Assembly: GCA_051294905.1 (NCBI GenBank) | Contig: CM119371.1 | Location: forward strand, 16,246,001 to 16,310,000 | Direction of reading: 5' to 3' | DNA: 64,000 nucleotides | From: Botryllus schlosseri | Lineage: Eukaryota | Shown: positions 37,140-50,062 of the stretch, piece by piece | How positions within the stretch are numbered: the stretch's first letter is position 1 | Layout: each line of letters starts with the position of its first letter | Notes under the pieces: model-generated | Databases searched by the model: none | What the model saw: the letters and a program-made list of their open reading frames with translations, nothing else | Told to the model about the DNA's origin: nothing | Position numbers and translations under genes: made by a program

Positions 37140-38759
37140 CAGGGGCGGGCAACTTCTCCAGTCGGCGGGCCGGATATAGGAAAATTAAATACTTGGCGAG
37201 CCGGATTGCTGACTCGAAACATTATTCGCCCATTTATCAACATACGCAAGGAATAAATCGTATTTAATGAATGTATTTTAATAGTGACGATGACAATGTG
37301 GATTTGAGAACAGCATTGTCATACAAGCACCACCATGTTTGCTTCTTTCTGATCGATCAACACGGTACAATCCCTAATTAAGATTTGAAGGCGTTCGATA
37401 AGCCCGGTACCACAAATTCATCAAGATATCTCTTCATTAGAGTTTATAAACTATAGTACAGGGGTGGCCAACCTTTTTGCCATTCACGGCCGCATTTCGA
37501 CTACTCATGTAGCCACGGCCGCAATCAAGGCATACACTACACATGCTAAACTGTCCATGTCCTTTTCCGCTGAACTGCGGACTTATCTATTTAATCACAA
37601 AGGCATACTAGACGCACCGACTTCGCGAGTGGTCACTGGTGACTGGTCAATGTGGTCGTGTTATGGGCCGTACATAATCGCACGAAGCGCGAAAATATAT
37701 TTCCTGATTCACCTATGTATTTCGTCATAAATAATAGTATTTTTCCTATTGTTTCTCATCCCATGTCATCAGATTCAACTGCAGATTTAATTTTTCGAAA
37801 ATTTAGGACAAGATATCAATGATGATGCATCTTCGGGTGGGCCAATTATAATTAGTCACTTGATTGCATCCTGTTATTTCTTGACCTACCATCAAGATTG
37901 TCCGTAAAGTGAGGAGTACAAGACTCCGAGTTGGTACTTTTATATGAGGCGCATCATTTTCCTCTGCTGTTCACGTCTGTACTGTGGGGCTATGATTGCA
38001 AAGGGCGCCACTATTGAAATCGATAAACGAAGTCACATTGAATCGCGCGCAGCGGGAAGAAATTTTCAAGATTAATTAGGATCTCTCAAAAAATCGAGAC
38101 TCAATTTGTAAATTCAAATTGCATGTCGATGGCCGCCAACACATACGCTAAAATTGAATTACTTGTCCACGGCCGCACAAATTTCCCTTCTACGGCCGCA
38201 GGTTGGCCACCCTGGTTTAGTGGGTGATGAGATATAGCGTGGTTGTTCAACAGTGTGGCCTATTTTATCTCGATATTGAATTCATGCGGCCCGCGGCCTC
38301 TGCGAAATTTCAAAGTGGCCCGCGACCCGTTTCGAGTTGGCGACCCCTGGCATAAGTGATGTCTTAGAAAAGCCTAGAAGTGTGCCGTTCTACAAGTCGA
38401 CGGTTACGGAATCAAAAATATGAAATGTCGGCCTAGTGTAAAAGACCATTGTTGTTGACAAACACCATGATTACCACAAATGACATTCGGGTTGAGTACA
38501 TCGTAAATGCCGATAATGCAAGTCTTCTCGCTTCGACTAACTTACGAGTAAGCACCACCCTCGCTCACTGCGCAGTGCGCATACATGTGTATAATAACAT
38601 ACAGTCACTAAAATTTGACGTTTACGCAAGTAGTAGGGAATCTTTGAATACTAAGGCCGCGGGCCACATTATCATGTAAGACAGAAAACTTGCCGCGGGC
38701 CGGACAAAACCCCTTCGCGGGCCGGATCCGGCCCGCGGGCCGTATGTTGCCCACCCCTG
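37140..38759. mobile_element. Composite hAT-type element inserted in a minus-strand SINE; contains nested element 37459-38214
   Basis: TIR CAGGGG(C/T)GGGCAAC; perfect TSD GCTTACGC. Confidence 0.88.
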
Positions 38760-39460
38760 GCTTACGCGGATATGGTGGCGAGGAGGAGATTTCAAACACA
38801 AAAATGATGCTATCTTATCTCCAGATTGCTTTCTACTTTGAGAAATCCGAGGTGAAAAAACTAAGCAGTTCCATGTAAAAACTGTTGAAGTAATTAAAAA
38901 CTTAACCTCACGAGTAAGGTAGTGCAAGCAGTCAGTGAGTACTTCCTGACTACTTCCAAAAAGTATGCGTATTTCCTTACTGATCACATCTGATTGCAAC
39001 CTAATAGATTTGCTAGAGCCTAATCTTTCTACCAATGGACAATAATTGGAATCGACCTTTCGCCCCGTGGTACCGTACAGCGATTGCTGTCAATATAACA
39101 TCAGTTAGGTTGATACATCATAAGTTCATCGATGAACATTGAACACTTTGAATAGAGATCACCACTCGACAATAGTCAGCAATACGTGAGTGATGTATCG
39201 GCGATACGCTATGGGCTGGACTGGACCTGCATTTTATGCTTGGCTGGTTGTCTTGCTACGGTGATCACGTTTCAAAGCAAAGCTCCGGGTGAAATCAGCT
39301 GATGCGTGATGTGGTTAAACGATTCATTGACCTTGCTTCTACGTCAGGCGGATGTGTACTTGTACATTGTACAATGTGTACATAGATATTTTAAGTACCT
39401 CATATAACATTATCTATTGAAATATTATCTCGAATAGTAGCAATGGTATGTCATAAATAT

Positions 39461-39972
39461 TAGGGCTGGGCAAAATCGAGTACCTGAGTGATTCGATTCT
39501 GAATCACGTGTCACGCTTCGAGTCGAGACGAGTATTCGAGTATCACTCATTATGACGTCACAACAGAATCTACTATGCCAAAGTTCAAATATGTACCTTT
39601 TATGCCAACACAAAGGACATAATGCCTGTTATCCATCACATTGAAGATACTTGGGTATTTTTTCGCCATACCGATTTCATTACACTTGTTGACAATGTTG
39701 TGAGATGATCATGACTTCGCAAATCTGCTATTTCCAGTAACGTTCGTAGCTTTGTACTGTGTCTCGTATGCTGCGACACAGCCAATCAAGGTTTCAAGGC
39801 TTCCTCAGTGGAAAGTACTATCAAAACTAACATTCTCGTTAGTAAATAAACTTTCAGTTACGAGGAGCGTATAAATTCAGCACTCGAAAAAATCGTCATT
39901 TACTACTCGACTCGAATGATTAAAATTAATATTCGATTCAGATTCGAGTACACGAATCATTGTGCCCGCATA
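39461..39972. mobile_element. MITE, TAGGGCTGGGCA family
   Basis: Homologous to 56386-56900 (TSD CCCGTCAC). Confidence 0.8.
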
Positions 39973-40335
39973 CAAAACTGTTTGCGGTTCCACCAGTTTA
40001 GCTCTTATGAGAAGTGGCCTACTATCATTGGTTCATATCTTGGCATACACCATCGGTTCCCACACCTTTTTGTTGACGGGCACTCTTTGAAGACTGATAA
40101 ACACTCGCGACGCTGCAATGAAGCAAAGTGTCGGAAATTTCGAGAGAAGCATACAATAATATGAATTTACGAAATCCCGTTGCTCAAAATGCATTTAACA
40201 GTGAACTGTTCATGTGAAAAATGTGCGTGCGGATTTAGAAATCCATGGCACACGTTTCTGAATGCAAGTACCCGTCTCGCCATGCCAAGTAACGAGCACA
40301 GACTGAAATTTCTTTATCATATTTAGAGTGTAGTG

Positions 40336-40640
40336 TAGGGGTCTTCAAGAATGACGTACTGGCTACTTGATAAAATTGTTAGGTTACCCAATTCAAGCCT
40401 ACACACCAAATTTGGTTCAATTCCAACCAGTAGCCGCATTGCTACAGGAGAAGAAAGTTTGTAATTATTATTTTAAAAATAAATACCAAAAAATTTGAAA
40501 ATTTTCTGTTCACCCCATGAAAGTGTTAGTTTGTCTATAGAAACGATGTTCACCAAATTTGATTCAATTCCAACCAGCGGAAGCGGAGTTATTGCCTTCG
40601 ATAAATTTTGATTATCAGTAAAATAGTATTTACGGTGACC
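40336..40640. mobile_element. Half copy of the TAGGGCTCTT foldback element
   Basis: Matches one arm of 42976-43638. Confidence 0.8.
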
Positions 40641-41232
40641 AATTCCTTAATTATTTAATATTGATTATGTACCGTTTTAGTAGGTATGCTCATGGCCAGA
40701 TATTTCATTTATACGACCGCAGGTTGTGTAACTATGACTTTAGTAAACCTGTCATTATAACATCAGTTAGTTTGTATAACTCAATCAAAATTGAACCCAA
40801 CAATTTTGTCCCGGGAGGAGAGGACTCTTCGTCGGAGTGCTGACGTTCCCATTACGCCAAAGAAGGGAACCACAAACAACAGAACACTAAGAACAACTTT
40901 CACGTATCTGCGCGGTGGTCAGGTTTGGAACCGCTGTTATATACAAAATACATCACTAAGGATTCATGTCTTTGCACACACATCATATGACTGTTTTCTA
41001 GATCTTTCCTTTTCTAGACGTAATCTCAACTGCCTGACAATATCTTGACTTCAGAATGAGCGATGACTGATATGAACTTATTTGCCAATAGATGTTGAGT
41101 TCAAAAGGCTCAGGTCACACCAGGTGTGTCATAAGTTCTTATCGCATCGTCTCAAACAGTTTTATAAGACTATAGAAAAGTTTCCTTAACACCGTTATAC
41201 AAAGCTTTTGGCGCGATATCATTTATTCTTAC

Positions 41233-41353
41233 TTGGAATCGACACACGTTGGCTTTCTGTCCATGATCAAAGCGTTGCTGCACCAAGCGCAGTCTGGATG
41301 AGCCAAAATGCAAGCCTTGCAGTCTTGGGCGAGCGAGCACACGTCGTTTACGC
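41233..41353 (-). CDS. ITGB: Integrin beta exon 2, PSI domain (GVNDVCSLAQDCKACILAHPDCAWCSNALIMDRKPTCVDSK)
   Basis: ttaacAG acceptor, GTAAG donor, CxxC...CAWC PSI signature, phase 1/2. Confidence 0.93.
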
Positions 41354-41668
41354 CTGTTAAATTGGTTTCAATTAAGTTTGACAATCTGTGACAAATTCAT
41401 CCCACGAAATTGTACCGCATTCACAAAAACATTGATGATTCAATTCGATCTTAGCAGCTACAGCATGAATGCCTAGCGATGAAACGACTTACGATATACG
41501 ATACCGGCGAGATATTAGGAAATTCAGTCTCATGTCCTAGCTTAGCGCAAATGAGTGCGGTAGACCATATGTGGGACTTCGGTCGCTTCATTTGATGAGT
41601 ATAGTAGCAATCGATTGGTTGCTAATCTATACTCTCTTTCACGTTTACATTCACAGTATAGGCTCATC

Positions 41669-42941
41669 TAGGGATGGTGTGAACCTCTGAAAGGTTCAGG
41701 TTCGTGTGAACGCGAACCTTTTTGAGAGGTTCTGTGTGAACGCGAACGTGAACCTCATGACGTCACGTGACGTCATATTGCTAATTCCAACCCTATCTTT
41801 CAATGAAGTAATAGCCTATATTAATGTACAGTTGAACACGATACCTAGCAACGACTCGGGCCACATAATGACACAATGCTGAAGTACATATTGGCGTTTT
41901 CAACGTCGCTAAATGTATAAAGTGAGGCAATCAAATGATATATAGTCGGGGGAGATAGTGTAGTCGGGGCAGATAGTGTAGTGGTTTGGTGCCACCAATC
42001 TGACGGACCGGGTTCGATTGCCGTCGGAGGTTTATCTGGGCTCCTCTTCCTCCGCCGTTGCCGTTCTTACGGCGACAAAAAAGCCCAGTACAAGGGCCGC
42101 GGCTTCAAAAAAGATCAACACAGAAAAGAACTGTGACATCGGGCACTCTAGGCCGAGTTGGATGTTAGAGTAAATAATCGCTACCGATGCGTGTCGTTCG
42201 ACATCCTCCTACCTGTTCATGACATCGCATTGTGTCTTATCGCATTGTACATTGTGTGTGACTTGTTCTGATGAAAATTATTACCCAACGATGTTATGTT
42301 ATAATAATCCCATAAAATCAATATCTTCCGTCGCTTTGCCAGGGAATATAAGCATACGACTGAACGGTCTAGGCCAGACCGTGCAATGCACTCGGCGTCT
42401 GTTACATTGATATTGAGCAGAGTGTAAAACAGGTTTCTATATTTCCCCCCGATATTGCCCCATTAACAGGTTATACAGTAGCCAACACCTCAATCGCACG
42501 GATTTGGTTTTAATGATACATTAAACATATCAAGTCAAGATTGACCCCATACGCCTGCTTGATATTTTACATCAGAAAACGATATCAATTTCATTGATTG
42601 GTTGAATAAGCATCATTCGCTGACTACATGTAGTGTATTTCTTTCGTGATGCCGTGTGATTGCGGAAAGCCAGATATTTCGAGCGAACTTTTGTAACAAA
42701 GCCATTAAAATTTTTGAGATTGCCAAGGTACATGCTCGTTTATTATTGCTTTTTTATGCTTCCAGCGCCGTGCATATAGTGTCCCGCAGTTGAAATGCAA
42801 TAAATTTGAAGTGAAAACTGTATTATATGAAAAGGTTCACAGTGCAGAACCTACCAAGGTTCTGTTGTGAACGCGAACCTCTAAATTTCCGAGGTTCACA
42901 CACAGAACGCGAACGTGAACCTCACGTTCACACCATCCCTA
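41669..42941 (-). mobile_element. TAGGGATGGTGTGAAC-family MITE with a tRNA-derived SINE inserted (about 41945-42303)
   Basis: Both TIRs present; insert has A box TAGTGTAGTGG, B box GGTTCGATTGC and an ATGTT tail. Confidence 0.85.
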
Positions 42942-42975
42942 CTCATTACCACATCAAGAAGTTTAGTCTGTACAA

Positions 42976-43638
42976 TAGGGCTCTTCAAAAATGACTTTTT
43001 TTCTCAAATCGTACTGGCTACTTGATAAAATTGTTAGGTTACCTAATTCAAGCCTACACACAAAATTTGGTTCAATTCCTTCCAGTACCCGCTTTGCTAC
43101 AAGTGAAGAAAGTTTCCATATATTATATAAAAATAAACAATAAAAAATTTGAAAATTTTCTGTTCACCCCATGAAAGTGTTAGGCTGTCTATAGACACGA
43201 TGTTCACCAAATTTGATTAAATTCCAACTAGTGGAAGTGGAGTTATTGCCGTCGAAAAATTTGGATTTGAATAAAATAGTATTTACGGTGAGCACAACTA
43301 TAATAAATAAACAAAGAATCGGTCACCGTAAATACTATTTTATTCAAATCCAAATTTTTCGACGGCAATAACTCCGCTTCCACTGGTTGGAATTTAACCA
43401 AATTTGGCGAGCATCGTTTCTATAGACAGCCTAACACTTTCATGGGGTGAACAGAAAATTTTCAAATTTTTTATTATTTATTTTAATATAATAAATAGAA
43501 TCTTACTTCTTCTGTAGCAAAGCGGTTGCTGGCTGGAATTTAACCAAATTTTGTGTGTAGGCTTAAATTAGGTAACCTAACAATTTTATGAAGTAGCCAG
43601 TACGATTTGAGAGAAAATGTCATTTTTGAAGAGCCCTA
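42976..43638. mobile_element. Complete foldback MITE, ~315-bp arms
   Basis: TAGGGCTCTTCAAAAATGAC termini; TSD CTGTACAA/CTGAACAG (6/8). Confidence 0.88.
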
Positions 43639-43959
43639 CTGAACAGCTACAATTGACATCTACTACAATGAAATGAGCCAAGCGCCGCCCACGACACAAA
43701 ATTCGAACCATTACCGCCGTTTCCGAATATGCAGCACCCGTTATATTGAAGTGTTCTTGTCGGAAAGAATATTATCAACCAAACACTAAGGAACATCTAA
43801 CATAGCCAAGTCGCGAATTAGTTTCGCACAAAAAGTTTGATACGCCTAAGGCTCTAAAAGTAAGATTTAAAAAGAGAACTTTACCATGAGCACACGAGAA
43901 GAGAGTTGCTCTATACGTAACCTATACCGATCACGTTACTGGGTCTCTCCAGATATAGC

Positions 43960-44588
43960 CAGTGGTTCACAAACTTTTTTTGCTTGTGGCACACTATAAA
44001 AATTAAAAAACGCTGGTGGCACACTTGCAAGAAAGTTGCTCAAAAATTTGTTCAAGTTGTAACGCGATTGCTGTACTGGTTTATACGAACATATGTTCGA
44101 TTGAAGCGAGATTTAATTGTTGAACAAAGTACCCACATTTTGTCGTTTTCAAGCAGTGTCAATCGGCTACAGCTTTTAATTTCAATGAAAACGAAAAGAA
44201 AAACATGTTCACCTATACTCATGCCCAATAATATTTATTTACAACAAATCCTGAGAAGTATGGTGACGTGTAAGTTCAACTCCAGACAACGATCATGATT
44301 TGCGGCAAGATTTTTCGTTTATGAGTTGATTTGAAACGATTCAAAGAATTTCTTCACGACATAGTAGCCCGATTATGGTGCGGACATTATACTCTTCTCA
44401 TTGGCAATGCCATGATTGGTTTCATGAACATGGTAATATGTGATTATATATTAGGTATTGAGAAATTTAGACCGCTTTCAAGCTTGTGTGCGTGCATTAT
44501 CTTTAATGCTATACAGCTCGCTCCCAAAATTCCACCAAGAGTTGCGGCACACCTGCGAATCTGGCGGCACAGAGTTTGGGAATCACTG
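43960..44588. mobile_element. hAT-type MITE
   Basis: CAGTGGTTCACAAAC / GTTTGGGAATCACTG termini; TSD not recognisable. Confidence 0.6.
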
Positions 44589-44722
44589 CGTTGAAGGCTC
44601 ATTCAAAATCATTGCTAACGTATAAGAATCCAATATCGGTGCATGTGGTGTACTTTGGATTCAAATTCGTCTCGACCACAAACACGACTAACACTGCTTA
44701 ACATGAATACATACACACGTAC

Positions 44723-44801
44723 CTGTATTTTGTGATGCGACTAGTACAAACATACACACCACGAATGCACTTTCAGCACGTAAGAGGCCGTGGTGTGTCA
44801 T
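44723..44801 (-). CDS. ITGB: Integrin beta exon 1, start codon and signal peptide (MTHHGLLRAESAFVVCMFVLVASQNT-G)
   Basis: ATG, hydrophobic stretch, phase-1 donor G|GTACGT matching the phase-1 start of the PSI exon. Confidence 0.75.
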
Positions 44802-44818
44802 CCTCTATTAAAGCGTAG

Positions 44819-44836
44819 CCGGAAGTTGGAACTTTC
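44819..44836 (+). promoter_or_regulatory. Candidate ETS site (CCGGAAGT) next to an NF-kB-like GGAACTTTC, 18 nt upstream of the integrin ATG
   Basis: Motif match only; a second ETS core ACCGGAAA lies near 44891. Confidence 0.25.
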
Positions 44837-45269
44837 TATCAAAGCACTGGTATATGTATGAATGTATACTCTAATAGTAATTCTAAACACACCGGAAACA
44901 TTGAATATGAATACATACGCTTGTAAATTTGACAAAACATTTTCGCAGAATATGCAACCATTCAAAAGAAACACTAAACTGCATCTGCGAATTGCATTTA
45001 TGCGTAAATGAAGAATATCACTTCGCCTCGACCAGGGGTTGGCAACGTTGAAAATGCGAAGAGCCTTTCAGAATAAGGATGATACTCCGCAGACACGGTT
45101 TGCCGACCTCCGACTTATATCTTGTAATCACGTGGCAAACGGGCATGTGAAAATAATGTGAACTGAATCTCATATTTTTACAGCATACTTAAAAAGAGCT
45201 GCTTACACATTTTCACTACGACACTGTCTAACCGCCTAACGCATACGCAGAGAAGACAACCGATTAGGT

Positions 45270-46196
45270 CAGGGGCGGGCAACTTCTCCAGTCGGCGGGC
45301 CGGATATAGGAAAATTAAGTACTTGGCGGGCCGGATTGCTGGATCGATACATCATTCGCCCATTTATCCACATCTGCAAGGAACAAATCGTATTTAATGA
45401 ATGTATTTTAACGACAGCAATGTCGCTTCAAAGCCATTGCTCGCCGATAATGACGATGACAATGTGGATTTGAGAATAGCATTGTCATACCAGCGCCGCC
45501 ATGTCTGCTTCTATCTGATCAATCAACACACGCAGCAATCCTTAATTAAGATGTCAAGGCGTTAGATAACCTCGGTACCCCTAATTTGCCGAGATATCAA
45601 TTCATTAGGGTTGAGTAGGTGACGCGATAGCATCGTTGTTCAACAATCTCGATATTGAATTAATGCGGTTCGCGTCCTCTACGAAATTTGAAGAGTGGCC
45701 CGCGACCCGTTTTGAGTTGGCGACTGCGGGTATAAGCGGTGACTTACTAGGGTTACCATACGTCCTCTTTTAAGAGGATTTGTCCTCTTTCTTACTTTTT
45801 TGAAAGTGTCCTCGGAGGAAGCTCAAATGTCCACTTTTTGGGATTTTGTCCTCTTTTTTGAGAATTTCAGTTAAATATGTGGCAAAATCGACTGATATAC
45901 AGTAATTTAGCAACGAAGTAACGCACCAGCGGCTATTTCGGGAGATGAGTCAGAAAGTTGAACCTGTTTTAGTCAACCAACTGGTAATGTGAAAGGAAAA
46001 ACTGTATTTTGGGCGCTGAGCGAGAAAGTTGACCTTTTTTATTTTAGTTAATCGACCACGAAGAAAATAGGACGTAGTAAGCAAGTAGTGAGAAATCTCG
46101 GCAGACTGGGGCCACGGGCAACACTATCATGTAACACGGAAAACTCTACGCGGGCCAGAAAAAATCCTTTCGCGGGCCGTATGTTGCCCGCCCCTG
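45270..46196. mobile_element. Second copy of the composite CAGGGGCGGGCAAC element, with a truncated TAGGGTTACC MITE from 45748
   Basis: Perfect TSD GATTAGGT. Confidence 0.88.
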
Positions 46197-48091
46197 GATT
46201 AGGTCATGCCGCTGTTTGATTATGTCCGCGCAGGGTATTGACACACCTGTTTAGATATGTAGCACAGAATTAGTTACTATCGACATTGATTTCGCTGCTG
46301 AAAAACACGATTTTCGAAGATGAAATCAAGATATGCCCTTGTCAAAGTCACGGGCTCTTCTCAGGGATATTGTGAAGCGTAGCTCCAGAAAACCCGGTAT
46401 AATTTACCCAGTTTGACTGTGGAAAAACTGATTGGTCACAATGGACTGCCTCGGTCATAATATGACTGAATCGGATACCGCAGTATATTATTGAATGTCC
46501 TTTCCATTGTGAGTTGTCATAGATTGCGATGGAAATATCCAAATTTCCCAGCGAAATCCGCTTAGAATCCACGACTGAATGGAAACGTACTTGACTAGAT
46601 CAATGGCATAACCAATAGTCGCTTATGTCGTTCTTTCATTTTATGAAAATTACATTCACTATGTCACGAAATACAAAAGCATTCGTTGAGCTTCCATGCC
46701 ATATTCAGATATCAGTCTCACCGGAAACTAGATGTATCAAACCAATTTTCCCCGTACCGTGGGGTGCAAATCAGGCTACTTCCTGATGTGACACTCGAAA
46801 ACACATTGTATGTGACTAGGCTTCACCCATTGGAATCTGCGTGAAGAAAATCCTGATCCTGAAACTACCGTGTTACTGTAGTCCTGAACCTCACGTTGTG
46901 GTGGATATCGCCGAACACGATTGCTGTTCACTTGGTGGGATAATCGTGATCAACGCCAAACAATCAAGATAAACCTGAGCTACATTCTCGTGTGTCAAAC
47001 TCAATGGACATGGATTTCTCGGAATCTCATCTAGAATGCGCCTGGCCTAACCTATTCCTCAATACCTGATCTAACTCCTTGTGATTTAATCTCTAATATG
47101 TATAACGATGGACCAGAAATACCCATCAAGGACTGTGAGTGATGACGAAACAACAAGTCACGTACACTTTCGAAATCACTGACAATTCAAGATGATACCA
47201 CAAAAGCGTACAACGTATATTGTATATGGTTCAGAGGATGGCACACCAATGGAATCTAGAACAACAGCTAACTATTCATCACCACCAATCTGAATGTTCA
47301 CCGTGGTAATCAGTCATCAAAGCATGTGATCCATCATATACATATCTCACACATCATGCGTATATTGTCTGCTGTCTTTATGCACAATGATAGTATAACC
47401 TATAACGGTATAATGGATGATCAATTTCCTGCACACCGCAACGTGACGTAACGGTAGTCAGCGTGAGAAGTTCCACAGTCCTGTCACCATACTGTCAACT
47501 GTTGACGAGAATACAGTGAAGACAGTGGCACACCTACTACCACGGAACAGCAACCCTGAGTCACAATCCTACTGCGAAGCGAACAACTAATGATCCCGGC
47601 ATCTGTAGTCGAGAATCACGTTTACAGTAAATAAATTTACGGGAAATCGGGTCGTTACAGACGCATCGGATGTTGCAGATGTTATACTCTCGATGTATCT
47701 GTTACGAAATCATAATAAACTCGGTTTTCACGTTATATACCCTAGGAACTGACAACTAATTGACATTTCAGTCAATGTGTACATTACCTGTGTCTTTTTG
47801 TTTGATTGCTGTTATTTGCGCACCAATTGGAATTAGAGCAATCAATCTGTCAATAAGACTGTGGCTTTTGTTGCATACAGCTTATACTCTCTTTAGGCAT
47901 GCGCTAAAGTTCTGCCTGAACCATTCGTATGATAGAATATAGGCTACGAGTCATCACCATTCTGAGGCCGCTTATTTCAGGGAACCAGAAATCAACACCG
48001 AACAGTAAGAGTGCTTCCGTCATGTCATCTCCGGGAGCGTTGCCTCATTACTCCTTTCCTGGTGGATTTGACAGGCAAATGGTCTTGTAAT

Positions 48092-48272
48092 TAGGTTGCA
48101 TTTAAAAGAAATGGTAGTTTACCCTATATTTTCAATTGTCAATGGCAATACACTATGACGTCACAATTGAATAGTCGTGACGGCATATCTTAAAATAACA
48201 TGTTTTAAAAATAACGGCCTTGTTTTAAACATGTTTGCTTTAAATTGATTTTTTGTTTTAAATGTAACCGTA
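48092..48272. mobile_element. Short deletion derivative of the GTTGCATTTAAAA MITE
   Basis: TSD CTTGTAAT/CTTATAAT. Confidence 0.75.
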
Positions 48273-49441
48273 CTTATAATTAACCACTAACTACCCCAAG
48301 ATTACAATACGGTGAATCGAAATGAAGCTTCCACGACGCACCAGACTAGTGCTTAGCAGTGTGTTAGATCCTAACGCGTTCTTATGCTGTTTAATATTTA
48401 CAACGCTGTTGCATTGAAATGCGTAACATCTTGCGTCGATAGAAATATCCACACGTTAGCAAATGTATTCTTAATGCGCGATATTACCATGTACGTGGAT
48501 TATTTTACGTACGTAGTATTACATATCACCGCTGTAAAAGTGTTATAGCGGTAAGAGCTTGGCCAGATTGGTGGAGACATCCTTTTTCGTGAAGAAGGCT
48601 ACCTGCTTGGAAGTGGAGATGACTTGAATGGACGATTAATGCGCACTTCGTGACGTAATACTTGCCGCGAGCAATCACCTCTGTTCAGGCCGTGGTATGA
48701 TTTTAGTGATTCATCAAAAGGCCGAAGTGGGCCGTATAACAAAGGATACAACCTGGTTCGCTTCCTACGTACTATACGCTTGATGACGGACATTTACATA
48801 AACACAGCGTAATGTTTACTGTAATGCAACTTCAAAAGTGTAAGCTCTTTCATTTTGTATGGAAATTAATCAGGGAACGTCTGAAACATTAATGCGGTCA
48901 GTCAGTCGATGGTGTCGAACACGGAGATGAATCGATGAGAGCATTCCGTCAAAACACTACAATATGAGACGGTAGCTCACCATATGTATTCTATTGCTTC
49001 CCCGTTATACAGAATGCTTCCGCAACGCTGCCGTTATAACTTTCCTTCTCGCATTTGATTTGCCGGAATTTGCTACCTTCTGAACAAAATCTGGGTAGTA
49101 CCAGCAGCAGCAGTAGCAGTAGTAGACTACCGGTAGTAGACTCTGGTTTTCAAATTTCATGAGAAAAGAGCGTGTGCGTCGTTATCGATTTCCATCTTTA
49201 ATCGCAGCGTAACAGGTATAGTCCTGTGTCTTGATGTCCAGTATATTTGATGTGATAGATGGTTGGGTGCCGGAATGATGATGTTAAGCTTATAGTATTT
49301 TGTATACCGCTCGTTCGGATATCCGCATCAGCTCCTACGTGACCTTTCGTATGCTAAGGTTATTCACGTGAGCCGTGATTGACAGCTCACCAAAATGAAC
49401 TGAGCGCAAGTGCGCTATGTGGAACCTCTGTATGTTTATCT

Positions 49442-50018
49442 ATAGATAACCAACCTACGTATAGATACGCAATACCCGTCGTCACGCTTGCTTGCTCGGA
49501 GGAAATTACTTTTCAGCAATCTGAACGCAACGTAATTGCCAATAGCATAGCTGACGATCCGAGCGCTCAAATTAAATGAAGTTGATCTTATTTGAAAGCT
49601 ACTGCCGCGCTGAATCTAAAAATATACAATAAACATTCATCAAGGCAATGGAACCAACCCGCAATAGCCTTCAAAGTCTGAAAATCGGCATTGTCTCAAA
49701 CAATTGGAGCGACGCAGTACAATGACCATAACGATGGCCCTTGCGTGTCTGCAGTTGTTCAGAACAATGCCGATTTTCAGAATTTGAGGTGTATTTCGAG
49801 GGGTTTCCGTAGCCCTGATCAGATTATAATGTTTATTTTCGGAATCAGTGCCACAGTAGCTTTCAAATAAGATCAACTGCATCCAATTTGATCGCTCGGG
49901 TCGTCAGCTTTGGGATTGGCAATTACGTTGCGTTCAGATTGCTGAGCAGTAATTTCCTCCGAGCAAGCAAGCGTATGACGACGGGTGTTGCGTATCTATC
50001 CATAGGTTAGTTATCTGT
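49442..50018. mobile_element. Foldback element related to 26366-26955
   Basis: Termini ATAGATAACCAACCT / AGGTTAGTTATCTGT; flanks TGTTTATCT/AGTTTATCT. Confidence 0.75.
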
Positions 50019-50062
50019 AGTTTATCTGTGTATAAAGTTAGATTTTGAAATGAACTGTGATG

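Larger units (their letters stand above)
1429..44801 (-). other. ITGB: Integrin beta subunit gene, 13 coding exons in window, 3' end outside window
   Basis: Manually spliced GT-AG exons give 630 uninterrupted codons with PSI (CKACILAHPDCAWC), beta-I MIDAS (YYVMDLSNSMSDDL), GFGSFVDK, SGNIDIPEG, DYPSLGQL and four Cys-rich I-EGF repeats. Confidence 0.96.

Noticed and set aside
48599..48793. Possible exon or small ORF upstream of the integrin
   Set aside because: No recognisable motif and no phase-compatible partner exon identified
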